From IMG/VR virus record IMGVR_UViG_3300031414_000001, positions 240,437 to 304,436 of that record: a DNA stretch of 64,000 nucleotides; one strand, 5' to 3'. The DNA comes from a virus (Duplodnaviria > Heunggongvirae > Uroviricota > Caudoviricetes). Numbering within the stretch: the first letter of the stretch is position 1; each line of letters starts with the position of its first letter. Made by a program: the position numbers and the translations under genes. Of this stretch, positions 1-9,270 are shown piece by piece. The notes under the pieces were generated by a model that had not been told where the DNA came from, searched no databases, and saw nothing but the letters and a program-made list of their open reading frames with translations.

Positions 1-81
1 TACCGATTGTATTACCAACAATAATAGTCAGTACTAAACCGATAAGGTATACGATTCCTATAATAATAAGAATGTCAATCA
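1..81 (-). CDS. partial small hydrophobic protein (N-terminus only; start at 81)
   Basis: Reverse-complement reads ATG at 79-81 followed by MIDILIIIGIVYLIGLVLTIIVGNTIG...; it runs off the window edge. Confidence 0.3.
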
Positions 82-435
82 TTAATCCCATCCTAAATGA
101 TAACGCCAGCCTTGAGAACCGAATGCGTCATCTTGATCACCAGCATCAAGGATACTGATCATGAATTCGATTTCTTCAGATACCATATCACCATCAACCG
201 GAGTTGAGTTGGCAATATTATCCAGTACTTCAAGGTTCAGAGGGGAATAATTTTCGAATAGATCATTTGGATCTACATCTTCATCATCGCCATAGTATTC
301 GCGGTCGAATTCTACAACGAGATTATGTATAATTCGGAGATCACGAATAAAAGAGTTACGGTCATCTTCATTACGAAATATACCGTTAATTTCTAATTCG
401 TGTTGAAGTTTACCGAAAGTACGTTCTTCACTCAT
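82..435 (-). CDS. hypothetical acidic protein (117 aa)
   Basis: Intact ORF in a co-oriented minus-strand early gene string; acidic composition. Confidence 0.5.
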   Translation of the reverse strand: MSEERTFGKLQHELEINGIFRNEDDRNSFIRDLRIIHNLVVEFDREYYGDDEDVDPNDLFENYSPLNLEVLDNIANSTPVDGDMVSEEIEFMISILDAGDQDDAFGSQGWRYHLGWD

Positions 436-710
436 ACATATCGCTCCATCAATTTATCAAAAACGTCTTTTAATGTTTGTCCGTTGAACCAATCAACTAA
501 CTCTAAATCATTAAAAGACGAATCTTCATCTTGATCTTCGGCGTGTTCATAGATTTCAACCATCCATGTTTTATTGTAATTAATATCAATCTTGAATACT
601 AATTCATGAAACACAGATTCTTCGATAGCATCCATCATATTAGATACATAATCGAATTGTTCGTCTTCCGATAGATTTTCAGGGAAGACGTATTTTACTT
701 CGTTAACCAT
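432..710 (-). CDS. hypothetical protein (start set at internal MVNEV, preceded by GGAAAAAGTT RBS)
   Basis: ORF 432..737; the Met at 710 has an SD. The ATG overlaps the upstream stop as ATGGTTAA. Confidence 0.45.
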   Translation of the reverse strand: MVNEVKYVFPENLSEDEQFDYVSNMMDAIEESVFHELVFKIDINYNKTWMVEIYEHAEDQDEDSSFNDLELVDWFNGQTLKDVFDKLMERYV

Positions 711-867
711 AACTTTTTCCAAATAACCACAGGCCAATAAGTGCCAGTAGTGGGGAGAATACTAGTGCTACTAAACCCCAAATGAAAACATTACGATTCT
801 GTTTGTTTGCGAAAACAATAACCAGAATGAATGCTGCGAACCAAATCAGGGTGAAAAGAATGCTCAT
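703..867 (-). CDS. small membrane protein (54 aa, two hydrophobic helices)
   Basis: Below the ORF-track cutoff. AAGGATTAAAAT-ATG RBS; translation MSILFTLIWFAAFILVIVFANKQNRNVFIWGLVALVFSPLLALIGLWLFGKSYG. Confidence 0.45.
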   Translation of the reverse strand: MSILFTLIWFAAFILVIVFANKQNRNVFIWGLVALVFSPLLALIGLWLFGKSYG

Positions 868-877
868 ATTTTAATCC

Positions 878-1081
878 TTACCAGTTGAGTTTACTTGCTC
901 TTTCGAGAATACGTTTTACGGCTTCTTGACGATTACGTTCATTTTCGTAATCCTCTTTTGTCCAGGGAACTTCAACAAGTGGCAGTCCATGACAACGACC
1001 TAACATATGTTCTTCTGAACCATAGTTGTTGACACAAACCTGACATACAAGTTTAGTTTTAATATGATGAACGTTAGTCAT
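878..1081 (-). CDS. small Cys/His-rich protein (possible Zn-binding); alternative longer start at 1141
   Basis: ORF with CQVC...CHG pattern; internal Met at 1081 carries a GGATGGAATGT RBS. Confidence 0.4.
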   Translation of the reverse strand: MTNVHHIKTKLVCQVCVNNYGSEEHMLGRCHGLPLVEVPWTKEDYENERNRQEAVKRILERASKLNW

Positions 1082-1340
1082 ACATTCCATCCATAATAAC
1101 ATCATAATAGTCATCAAGGAATTCGTCTTCATCGAAACCATGATGCTTAGTATGAATGGTTATATCACTAATTTCGTAGTTTGGACTATTTCGGAAAACA
1201 TCAATCTTAGTCTTAAGACTATTATGAATTTCTTCTGGAGATGCGTTAACAAACATATCACTCCATGAATAATTATTTTCGTCAAAGAATCCTAGTACTA
1301 CACAAGCAAATACAACTTTATCACTCATTTTGATTTCCAT
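1074..1340 (-). CDS. hypothetical protein (88 aa)
   Basis: Intact ORF; 4-nt overlaps with neighbours typical of a phage operon. Confidence 0.5.
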   Translation of the reverse strand: MEIKMSDKVVFACVVLGFFDENNYSWSDMFVNASPEEIHNSLKTKIDVFRNSPNYEISDITIHTKHHGFDEDEFLDDYYDVIMDGMYD

Positions 1341-1524
1341 TACTGGTTAATACATCAACAGAAATATCATAGTCATCTTCTGAATAGATATTACGAAGGG
1401 AAGATAAACGACCACCTACGCCGGATGTACCAATTGCGTTTATATGAGTCTCAGTACTTTGAGCAATAATATCATAGATTTCTTTGTTATCTTTTTTACG
1501 AATCGTATATACAACGTGAATCAT
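1321..1524 (-). CDS. hypothetical protein (67 aa)
   Basis: ORF with ATAAGGAGTACAA-ATG RBS immediately downstream of a UUCG-tetraloop terminator. Confidence 0.5.
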   Translation of the reverse strand: MIHVVYTIRKKDNKEIYDIIAQSTETHINAIGTSGVGGRLSSLRNIYSEDDYDISVDVLTSNGNQNE

Positions 1525-1544
1525 GTTGTACTCCTTATATTGTT

Positions 1545-1575
1545 TAATTAAAAGAAAGGGATACCGAAGTATCCC
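1545..1575 (-). terminator. rho-independent terminator after pnk (GGGATAC-UUCG-GUAUCCC + U-tract, minus-strand sense)
   Basis: Perfect 7-bp stem with UUCG tetraloop followed by TTTCTTTT, read in the sequence. Confidence 0.6.
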
Positions 1576-1583
1576 TTTTTGGA

Positions 1584-2510
1584 TTAGAAGTTACCGTACT
1601 CGACTTGAAGTACTTTCAACTTCAGCAGTTTACGCCACATGCGAACGACTTGATCGCGGTCATCGTAAACTTTTACAACGTTGAACTGGTCAAAGACATT
1701 GTTCATGTACAGTTCGTACTTCACAATATCATCGGAACGACTATCTTCAGCACCACGCATAAAGATATGATCATACTCAACGCCATGCTTTTTCAGCCAG
1801 GCTTCGGTATCTTCTTTACACGTTTCGTGACGACCACTCATGATGATCACGGTACGACCGAGATAAGCACGTTCCGCATGAACGGACAGAATTACTTCTG
1901 GATCTGGATCATCTACGGAAACTTTCGTTTCTTCGTATGGTCCACGTTTACCATTCATGTGAGCCAAAGTACCGTCAATGTCAACAACGATGGCTTCAGG
2001 AAGATCCGTGTTCGTTGGTACTGGAGCATTAAAAGCACTGTAGAAGTACTTTTCTGCCATACCGTCAATCACTTCTTCCGGTACTGACTTTTCACGAAGC
2101 AGGTTACGTTCTTTACACTGTTTGACGTACTCCTTAACAGCAAAGAATTCGTGGATGAAAGTTTTACCTTTCTTGAATTCTTCAAAGAAGTTTTGTTCTT
2201 TGTAAGTATAACCGTGCTCTTTGGCGAACTCTTTCCACTTCTCACGAACGGAAGGATTCAGGTTTGTGTCACCAACAATGATGTTCCACTTGTTAGCAGC
2301 AGCATGAACCGCAGCACTGTACTGAGCGTTTTGCACGTACTGTTCGTTATCTTTGCGGAACTTATAGTTGCTATGGGAACCTGCCATTGTTTGGCGAATG
2401 TCATCAAGGTTTACAATAACAGTCTTTGACCGTGCTGATTTCACTTGTTCATTCGCCCAGGTGGTCTTACCGCACCCTGGCAACCCGATTGTTACTGTTA
2501 CTTGTGGCAT
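1584..2510 (-). CDS. pnk: polynucleotide 5'-kinase/3'-phosphatase (T4 PseT/Pnk family)
   Basis: N-terminal P-loop GLPGCGKTTWA. C-terminal HAD phosphatase motifs DIDGTLA...MNGKRGPY. Colinear similarity to T4 Pnk through the C-terminus (...DDRDQVVRMWRKL...). Confidence 0.9.
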   Translation of the reverse strand: MPQVTVTIGLPGCGKTTWANEQVKSARSKTVIVNLDDIRQTMAGSHSNYKFRKDNEQYVQNAQYSAAVHAAANKWNIIVGDTNLNPSVREKWKEFAKEHGYTYKEQNFFEEFKKGKTFIHEFFAVKEYVKQCKERNLLREKSVPEEVIDGMAEKYFYSAFNAPVPTNTDLPEAIVVDIDGTLAHMNGKRGPYEETKVSVDDPDPEVILSVHAERAYLGRTVIIMSGRHETCKEDTEAWLKKHGVEYDHIFMRGAEDSRSDDIVKYELYMNNVFDQFNVVKVYDDRDQVVRMWRKLLKLKVLQVEYGNF

Positions 2511-2724
2511 TTTCTTTTCCTATTCCAAATTTATCAGAGAAAATTTTCAATACGTGCTCGGACAGACGAATACTCGCAGTATCCTCACGTGAACTGTATT
2601 TCAACGGTGTCCATTCTAACCCATTTGAATCGAGAAAGTCAAGCCCACGGAAGTAATCTTTTAACGAATTAAATTTGATTACAGTCATATCCTGGACGAT
2701 GCTATGTTGCACTTGTACTTTCAT
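2467..2724 (-). CDS. hypothetical protein (85 aa)
   Basis: ORF overlapping the pnk start; operonic. Confidence 0.4.
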   Translation of the reverse strand: MKVQVQHSIVQDMTVIKFNSLKDYFRGLDFLDSNGLEWTPLKYSSREDTASIRLSEHVLKIFSDKFGIGKENATSNSNNRVARVR

Positions 2725-2735
2725 GTGATTCTCCG

Positions 2736-2960
2736 TTAGATTATAATGTACTTGTCATGGTACTTCATCGTCAAATTGAAGAATGCTCCTTCGTCGAAGT
2801 AGAATTCACCATCGACAATAAAGGCCACGTCACCTATATTTCTTACATATTCTAGCATCTGACGCATTGTGTAAAGTGTCAGTGCTGTATTTGGGATAAC
2901 TGAAAATTCCTGATCTCGGTATAGCACTTTATGCGTTTGTAATGTTACTTGATTACTCAC
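2736..2960 (-). CDS. hypothetical protein (74 aa)
   Basis: Intact ORF in the early operon. Confidence 0.45.
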   Translation of the reverse strand: MSNQVTLQTHKVLYRDQEFSVIPNTALTLYTMRQMLEYVRNIGDVAFIVDGEFYFDEGAFFNLTMKYHDKYIII

Positions 2961-3192
2961 GAGCGTATCTTCCTAAATCATAAATTTTTGGTTTTTTGTT
3001 TTTGGGCTTACGTTCCTTCTTATACGCAGATGAACTAACTCCAAAAGTATTTTTAAGACGCTTGACAGATTTCTGAACCCCTTTCCTTGAGCGTTCAGAC
3101 TGTTTCGCGTCTATCTCTTGTAGTATTCTTCTATGTTCTTCAGGAGTTCGTACTTCGCCCTTTGTTGCTTTATACTTTGGTTTAGCCATCAC
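2953..3192 (-). CDS. small highly basic (Lys/Arg-rich) protein, possible nucleic-acid binding
   Basis: 79-aa ORF with K/R-rich composition (KPKYKATKGE...KKERKPKNKKPK). Confidence 0.5.
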   Translation of the reverse strand: MMAKPKYKATKGEVRTPEEHRRILQEIDAKQSERSRKGVQKSVKRLKNTFGVSSSAYKKERKPKNKKPKIYDLGRYARE

Positions 3193-3224
3193 TACTCCTT
3201 GTGGTAGGCTATTTAGAAGTACTG

Positions 3225-4373
3225 TTAAACTTCGAAATCCTTCAGTACTTCTTTCATGTATTTTAGCATCACACCCTTGTAATCAACAGGACGTTGTTGA
3301 TACAGGCTGAACGCAATACCTGGCTTACCAAGTTCGTTAGGCAGAACCTTCTGAACCTGTAAGGCATACTCTTTACGTTCAAGATGCTTGTTCTGATTGT
3401 AAAACGCTTCACTTTCAGTGACTAAAGCATTATAGCACGAAAATACAAGCTGTTCCATTTTTTCAATCTTTTTCATTGCGTACACATCAGTACTGAACAT
3501 CTGCTTCAGGTCGTCGGACGCACCCTGTACTACTGTTTCGTACAAGCGTGAATCAACGTTAATACCGTCCTTAGTAAAGTGCAGAGCACAGTACCAGTCA
3601 GTTTTAATCTTACAAATGCGACCATCTTTCAGAATCAATACGAAACCTTCAATGTCCGTCATCTCACGACATGCTTCAATGCTTTCGAACAATGTTTCTT
3701 TCATTGGGAATGTTTCGTCAATATCACCGAACTTAGCTGATACTGAACGTGCGTACAACTCAGGGAATACCTCTTTCAAAGCATTACCCACCAGCATTTC
3801 ACCAGTATGACGATGGCGAACATTCAGTACTGTTAATCCGTCTTCTTGATACGGAAGAACAATACGATACTCTGGTGATGTATATTCGAGATTCACAGTG
3901 TAACCAAGAATCTCAGCTTGATATACATCCTCATAGAATGCTTTATCCGCATGAAGCATCGCAGTACTGTTAATCGCGTGATCCGATTGTAATGATGCCT
4001 GAGATTTGGTACGGACTTTATAATCTTCATCCATAAAGGTACTGATGATTGAGCCGTCCAGTTTATCCATCACAACAGCGATTTCAGTACTTAAAGTACT
4101 CTTATCAAACATAGTGAATGGATTCTCATACGCATTAAAGAACTTCTTCGGTGGTCGCGAAGCAATGGTGATATAGTTACCTTCAGCATCTACTTTAAAC
4201 ATAGAGCCGCGACCTTCCAGAGCACTAGGCTCAAGGAAATCTGAATAACTCGCCAGGCGATATGAGAAAATACGGAAGATACCGCCACCAACAGAGGTGA
4301 AGTCTTTCCACGAAAACGCATCGTTCTTAGCGGTTAAAGCCATCAGATCGTTAAAAATAGTTTCAGTACTCAT
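3225..4373 (-). CDS. rnlA: RNA ligase 1 (T4 RnlA family)
   Basis: Colinear similarity to T4 Rnl1 over the whole length: FRIFSY..ASYSDFL.P.ALE.RG.MF, ligase lysine motif region, KSDWY, ASDDLK.M. Confidence 0.9.
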   Translation of the reverse strand: MSTETIFNDLMALTAKNDAFSWKDFTSVGGGIFRIFSYRLASYSDFLEPSALEGRGSMFKVDAEGNYITIASRPPKKFFNAYENPFTMFDKSTLSTEIAVVMDKLDGSIISTFMDEDYKVRTKSQASLQSDHAINSTAMLHADKAFYEDVYQAEILGYTVNLEYTSPEYRIVLPYQEDGLTVLNVRHRHTGEMLVGNALKEVFPELYARSVSAKFGDIDETFPMKETLFESIEACREMTDIEGFVLILKDGRICKIKTDWYCALHFTKDGINVDSRLYETVVQGASDDLKQMFSTDVYAMKKIEKMEQLVFSCYNALVTESEAFYNQNKHLERKEYALQVQKVLPNELGKPGIAFSLYQQRPVDYKGVMLKYMKEVLKDFEV

Positions 4374-4404
4374 TCTTTAATCCTCATTAATTAAGTAAGA
4401 GAAC

Positions 4405-4433
4405 AGTCTACACAAAAGCAGCCTGTCTGTCAA
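4405..4433 (-). promoter_or_regulatory. sigma70-type early promoter for rnlA (TTGACA-N17-TAGACT)
   Basis: Reverse complement reads gagTTGACAgacaggctgcttttgtgTAGACT, followed by the leader and the AGGATTAAAG RBS. Confidence 0.55.
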
Positions 4434-4434
4434 C

Positions 4435-4728
4435 TCAATATTCGCAAGTGTCGTCAATATTTTTCTGTAGATCGTACTTGTACATGCGAACTTTCAATTT
4501 CAAATCCGCAGGATAATGATAACATATTCCGTTATCATGACGCAAGTAAACCATGTCTACATCACGACCATAACGATTGTAATTAGTTCTTAGTAAATGT
4601 TGCGGCGGTTTTGTATGAGTTATTGTGTACAATACTTCGCCTGATGGCTTCTGTACAACTGTACCTTCTTCAATTCTACCAGCATCTACAAGTACTGTAA
4701 GGTAATCTACACCAGTTAAATCAATCAT
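4435..4728 (-). CDS. hypothetical protein (97 aa)
   Basis: Intact ORF, co-oriented. Confidence 0.45.
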   Translation of the reverse strand: MIDLTGVDYLTVLVDAGRIEEGTVVQKPSGEVLYTITHTKPPQHLLRTNYNRYGRDVDMVYLRHDNGICYHYPADLKLKVRMYKYDLQKNIDDTCEY

Positions 4729-5024
4729 TTGTCATCCCACATAACTACGTCATACAAGTTATGATATAATTCTTCAACACTCATATAAACCATTAATTCA
4801 GTACTTTCAGGAATCATATTAATGTTTCCTTGTTCATCAACTAAGAATACATTATCAACATCACATTTGATTTCCTGTTGATTCTCTCCGTAGATTTTAA
4901 TACTTCTACGTAATGTATATTTCTTTTGTCCAGTTGCTTTTGTTACTGTAGCACCATCACCAACGTATTGTGCTCTTAGTAATAATCGCATATCACCTGG
5001 CATGTATCGTACATTTATAGACAT
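4725..5024 (-). CDS. hypothetical protein (99 aa)
   Basis: Intact ORF with 4-nt overlap with the downstream gene. Confidence 0.45.
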   Translation of the reverse strand: MSINVRYMPGDMRLLLRAQYVGDGATVTKATGQKKYTLRRSIKIYGENQQEIKCDVDNVFLVDEQGNINMIPESTELMVYMSVEELYHNLYDVVMWDDK

Positions 5025-5063
5025 TTCTTTTCCTTAAAGAAAGCCCCAATTAAGGGGCAAACA

Positions 5064-5795
5064 TTAGAATAGTTGAACCATACCCATTAGTACTGAATCA
5101 TCAGGACGTGAATATGATTGTTTCTCAATTTTGAAATAGAATGAATCCGCGTCCTCTAAACAATAACGCTTCTTCAAACATCTAGTATAAGTTGAATTGT
5201 TTGGGTGAACCCATTCATAAATCTGAATTCCTTCTTCATTATATCCAACTATACTTGTACGGTTTCCCTCATGTCTATTGAAGTTCTTGCTACGCTCAGT
5301 GAAGTACTTGACTTCTGTCATAACAGGTTCTTCATATTCATAAGGCATTTCAGTTAGACGGAAGTAATAATGTGATTCATCCTCTGAATAACCCACTAAG
5401 ATAGTTTCAGTACTGCTAACTCCGTAGTGTTCTAAACTTTTAGATTCATTATCTTTTATATCCTGAAGCACCTCTCTTAGTACTTCAACTGGATCACCAT
5501 TTGGATTGGTTACTCCAGAAATCCTACGTTCTATAATAGGATCTGTATATCGTCTTTCTTCCTGAACTACACCGTTCATGAAATGCCCAACGAACTCGTC
5601 CTTATATGTTTTAACCGAGTATTGCGTACTGTTTAAAGTACTGAATACATCTGCCAACATATTAGCTTGTCCACACTGTACTCCATCTACACTTCCAGCA
5701 GTTGCGTATTCTGCCATAACGGAAGTCAATGTTTGAAAGTTTGACATATTGAGTTCATTAGCCATTTCTGTTGCAAATTTAATACGATCAATCAT
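5064..5795 (-). CDS. hypothetical protein (243 aa)
   Basis: Long intact ORF; no recognisable motif. Confidence 0.5.
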   Translation of the reverse strand: MIDRIKFATEMANELNMSNFQTLTSVMAEYATAGSVDGVQCGQANMLADVFSTLNSTQYSVKTYKDEFVGHFMNGVVQEERRYTDPIIERRISGVTNPNGDPVEVLREVLQDIKDNESKSLEHYGVSSTETILVGYSEDESHYYFRLTEMPYEYEEPVMTEVKYFTERSKNFNRHEGNRTSIVGYNEEGIQIYEWVHPNNSTYTRCLKKRYCLEDADSFYFKIEKQSYSRPDDSVLMGMVQLF

Positions 5796-5841
5796 CGCTC
5801 CACACTCCTTGTGAATAAATCTGCTAGTACTCCCTTAAAAT

Positions 5842-6957
5842 TTATTTTTCTTTCCGAACCCCAATTACACTTACTTTACCTTTAACATGGTAGTCAACCG
5901 CACCACGTGTTACCTGAACATCATTACCTAATTGTAACAATGCATAAACACGCTTAGAGTTTACCATCCAAGAGTAAAATGATTCAGCAGTGAAATCGAC
6001 AGGCATACCCTTGTGCCAGGTATCAGTTTGTTGAACATCAACAGCCGTTCCATCCATAGGGAATAGAATACCAGTACTTTCATCTTTGTAGTACTGCTTA
6101 TTGTTTTCTTCCACGATATTCAGGAAACGATAAACAACATTCTGACCTTCAAATGGATTGCCAGCAATGTAGAACATAATCTGTTCAAAGTTTGGAATAA
6201 TAGGATCTGTTTCAGGTAATTCATATACCTTATCAAGCATTTCTAGTGCTGCTTCCATACTGAACGGTACTTCTTTGTCAAATATTTCAGCTACGTCAAC
6301 ACCATAGAACCCGCTTAATTGGTCTATTAGTTTATCCCATGAATCCAGATTCAACATACTACAAGTCAGCCCAATCTTGAACATTTCTTTACGGTTAATG
6401 GTATAACCACGTTCAATATATTTCTGAACACGTAAAGTGCTCATAATAGGATAACGAGTATGTTCGTTGAAGGTCAAACGACGAGCAGCAACACTTTCCA
6501 GGAAATACGGATGTAAAATGAAGTTATCAATAGTGAAATCATACGCAGCCATATTGATATGGAAATCGTAGCTTTCAAAGATTTCTTCGGCATTTTGGAA
6601 GTACGCAAAGTGAATAAGCTGAATGGTATTACTATTTTGCGTAAAAGTGATACTACGGGCAGTTTGGTTCTGGCATGTAATGTTGAATGCTTTTTTGAAT
6701 TCAACTTTTTGTTCATCAGTTAAGATGAATAGATCTTCTTTGTTATCAGGTTTGCCAGGGCTTTTATAAGCATTTCGTAGAAATACAATCATGTCTTCCT
6801 TTGAACGGAAATACACATCGAAGTCATTGATTTGTGATTGGCTAAACAAAGAAGTAATGCTACCACCAGCGATGATAGCATTTGATTTTTTGAGAAGTGT
6901 AACCATATCTTCTCCGAGAATACGGAGAAGAATAGTTTTATAGCGTTCGTATTGCAT
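5842..6957 (-). CDS. putative nucleotidyltransferase-fold protein (371 aa)
   Basis: N-terminal IAGGSITSLFSQSQINDFDVYF fits the minimal Pol-beta-like NTase motif hG[GS]x9-13Dh[DE]h. The rest is unassignable. Confidence 0.4.
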   Translation of the reverse strand: MQYERYKTILLRILGEDMVTLLKKSNAIIAGGSITSLFSQSQINDFDVYFRSKEDMIVFLRNAYKSPGKPDNKEDLFILTDEQKVEFKKAFNITCQNQTARSITFTQNSNTIQLIHFAYFQNAEEIFESYDFHINMAAYDFTIDNFILHPYFLESVAARRLTFNEHTRYPIMSTLRVQKYIERGYTINRKEMFKIGLTCSMLNLDSWDKLIDQLSGFYGVDVAEIFDKEVPFSMEAALEMLDKVYELPETDPIIPNFEQIMFYIAGNPFEGQNVVYRFLNIVEENNKQYYKDESTGILFPMDGTAVDVQQTDTWHKGMPVDFTAESFYSWMVNSKRVYALLQLGNDVQVTRGAVDYHVKGKVSVIGVRKEK

Positions 6958-7652
6958 TAAATCCCTTTCAGACGATTTACCAATTGTGCTGCTGAATAAG
7001 TTTTGTTACGTTCTTCTTCCTGATGACCAATGATTACCAGGAACTTACGAATAGTACGGACTTCTGTCATCAACATGAATTTCAGTACTTCATATACTTC
7101 ACGTTGATTGAAGTTACTTTTCGCTTTATGCATCATATCCAGGAAGTATTTCTCAACTTCGTTACAGTACTCGGCAAGTTTCTCATTGCTGAAAACACCT
7201 ACGGCAGTACTTAGATTATGGATGCGGTCAATCAGTTTCACCACTGAACATACTTCACATTCAGACAGGCGACCGAAATAGCCATAATAAAGATCTTCAT
7301 CATGAGAGAAGTCTTTAAACTTAGCAAGACGCTGGCTGTACTGGACAGCATCAGGGAACATGTCTTGTAAAGCTTCCTGAGTTTCAGGATAGTCTTCAAT
7401 GGTATCATGAACAATGATAGCCATGTAAACTGAGTACGGATCAAGTAGTGAGTTATGTAAACTCAATGCGAGTGAAAGCATTTCTAATTGATGCGAAAAT
7501 TCAGGTGTACCATCTCGGCGTTGATTGCTATGTACACCTTCTGCGTATACGATAGCACGACGAACGTTAAAATAACGTGCGTCAGAAAGAGTCAGTCCTT
7601 CGATAATACCAAGGATTTTAGTACGTAGTTTGGCGTATTCAGTTTTTTCCAT
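6957..7652 (-). CDS. HD-domain metal-dependent phosphohydrolase
   Basis: H...HD signature (..HSNQRRDGTPEFSHQLEM.. / ..AIIVHDTIEDYPE..); 231 aa. Confidence 0.55.
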   Translation of the reverse strand: MEKTEYAKLRTKILGIIEGLTLSDARYFNVRRAIVYAEGVHSNQRRDGTPEFSHQLEMLSLALSLHNSLLDPYSVYMAIIVHDTIEDYPETQEALQDMFPDAVQYSQRLAKFKDFSHDEDLYYGYFGRLSECEVCSVVKLIDRIHNLSTAVGVFSNEKLAEYCNEVEKYFLDMMHKAKSNFNQREVYEVLKFMLMTEVRTIRKFLVIIGHQEEERNKTYSAAQLVNRLKGI

Positions 7653-7843
7653 TTTTAGTATCCTTCGAACGGTCTAACATACCCTTGATTAAGGATTTGA
7701 GTTTATCTGCTTCAGTACTTAAAATATCCAGAAGTTCACCAACGGTTTTATCCTTGAATTGATTTAGGTACTTTTGATCTTCTTTTTTATGGTCACGCAC
7801 GGTGTTTCTCCAATGAAAAGAGCGAGAAGAACTCGCTCAAATT

Positions 7844-8410
7844 TTACTTATGTCCACCTTCAATATCGTCCAGATATAGTACATCCACCTTCGGATGACT
7901 AAAATCTTCGAATATGAAGCCGTTACCTTGTCCAGTAATCATAAGGACAAAGTTTTCTGCTGGCGTGAACTCTGGTTCTTCACCAGTTTGTTGTCCAATC
8001 AGTTTCTTTAAACGCGATACTGCTTCTTCAAAAGCAGCAGGATCAATGAAGTCCATCATGAAATGAGCAAACTCACCATCACGATCACCAAAAGTACAGT
8101 TCAGTTGTTGTCCACAACCTACACGCACCCATACATCAGATCCAAGTTTAGATTTAGCCTGGTTGTAGATCGCATTGATAATCTCATGGTGACGATTAAT
8201 CATTACTTCTCGTGCTTCCAGACAATCCAAAATGTACGATACATCTGCGTCGATTTCATAGTCTCCCATGTCATCTATAGCGTATTGTACATTGTCATGG
8301 TACAGGCTGTACATGTAGTCACCATCTTTCCAGTTACCCCGAACGGTACGTGGAATGATACCCATACGCAAGTACTTCGCGAACGTTTTAGTCATACGAC
8401 TTTGCGGCAT
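7844..8410 (-). CDS. hypothetical protein (188 aa)
   Basis: Intact ORF. Confidence 0.45.
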   Translation of the reverse strand: MPQSRMTKTFAKYLRMGIIPRTVRGNWKDGDYMYSLYHDNVQYAIDDMGDYEIDADVSYILDCLEAREVMINRHHEIINAIYNQAKSKLGSDVWVRVGCGQQLNCTFGDRDGEFAHFMMDFIDPAAFEEAVSRLKKLIGQQTGEEPEFTPAENFVLMITGQGNGFIFEDFSHPKVDVLYLDDIEGGHK

Positions 8411-8443
8411 AGTTAATTTCCTTTTAGGTGTGAAAATTTAATC

Positions 8444-8734
8444 CTACACATTTCCTTCTATGCTGTCAAGGAAATTTTGCATCTCGTCAACAGTTAAGGA
8501 ATCTGAGCATAAAAATTCCATCAAGCCTGGCAGTACTGCGAACATGTCTGAGAACGTCTGTACCTCGTCCTGCTTGAATGAAAAGCCCATAGGTACTACT
8601 TGGGTCATCCATTCACCAGCAATCTTGTGTGCCGTTACAGCCATTAATACACGGTCATTATGTTCTACCGAGATATGTCTGTAACCAGTACTTTCATTTT
8701 CATCCCAAAACATACGTTTAGTCTTGAAGATCAT
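8444..8734 (-). CDS. hypothetical protein (96 aa)
   Basis: Intact ORF overlapping the downstream gene start by 4 nt. Confidence 0.45.
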   Translation of the reverse strand: MIFKTKRMFWDENESTGYRHISVEHNDRVLMAVTAHKIAGEWMTQVVPMGFSFKQDEVQTFSDMFAVLPGLMEFLCSDSLTVDEMQNFLDSIEGNV

Positions 8735-9267
8735 TTTACACCCATTAATTTACTTATTTCGTCGAAGTACTTTTTGTTCCTACCAAATGAACCATAGGGC
8801 ATAAGGGAACAGAATTCACCAAAGTCTTTGTCCATAATGGACTTGCGAACATTAGTACTGCTAAATTTGTTGTCATCCCTTTGTCCAGCACATTCAGAAA
8901 TGATACTATCAAAGTTATACAATAATCCATTGTACTTGTCAAGGAGTTTTTGAAACCCAAATGCCCTGTCAGAACCACTAACAATGATAATATCACTATA
9001 GGATTCATCAAGTTCTTCCAGTATTCCAAACAAAGTACTGCTATGTTCTTCCTGAATGTATTGTGCTGTCCAAGGATAATAATCTTTAATCATATCTAAC
9101 TTGAACTGATACGGAAGAATATTAGTATCATCTTCGGTAGTACTGGAATATATTTTAAGTTCAGAATATGGATTGTTCTTATGAATCATTAAAGCTTTAT
9201 TCAAAAGTTTACCATGTCCTTGATGGACGGGATTGAACCGCCCAAATGTCATTACGCAAGTCTTCAT
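8731..9267 (-). CDS. cytidylyltransferase-superfamily nucleotidyltransferase (NMN adenylyltransferase-like)
   Basis: N-terminal FGRFNPVHQGH = (H/T)xGH nucleotidyltransferase motif. ~178 aa, the size of archaeal/phage NMNATs. Confidence 0.55.
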   Translation of the reverse strand: MKTCVMTFGRFNPVHQGHGKLLNKALMIHKNNPYSELKIYSSTTEDDTNILPYQFKLDMIKDYYPWTAQYIQEEHSSTLFGILEELDESYSDIIIVSGSDRAFGFQKLLDKYNGLLYNFDSIISECAGQRDDNKFSSTNVRKSIMDKDFGEFCSLMPYGSFGRNKKYFDEISKLMGVK

Positions 9268-9270
9268 ATT

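Noticed and set aside
1605-2087. 160-aa plus-strand ORF antisense to pnk, and many other 60-100-aa ORFs antisense to confirmed minus-strand genes (e.g. 2151..2429, 3616..3973, 6474..6716, 7023..7214, 8063..8416, 11092..11552, 24139..24373, 31224..31532, 60129..60496)
   Set aside because: They lie entirely inside longer genes with homology or better context. They lack RBSs and have odd composition (Phe/Leu/Ile-rich from AT-rich antisense). They are shadow ORFs.
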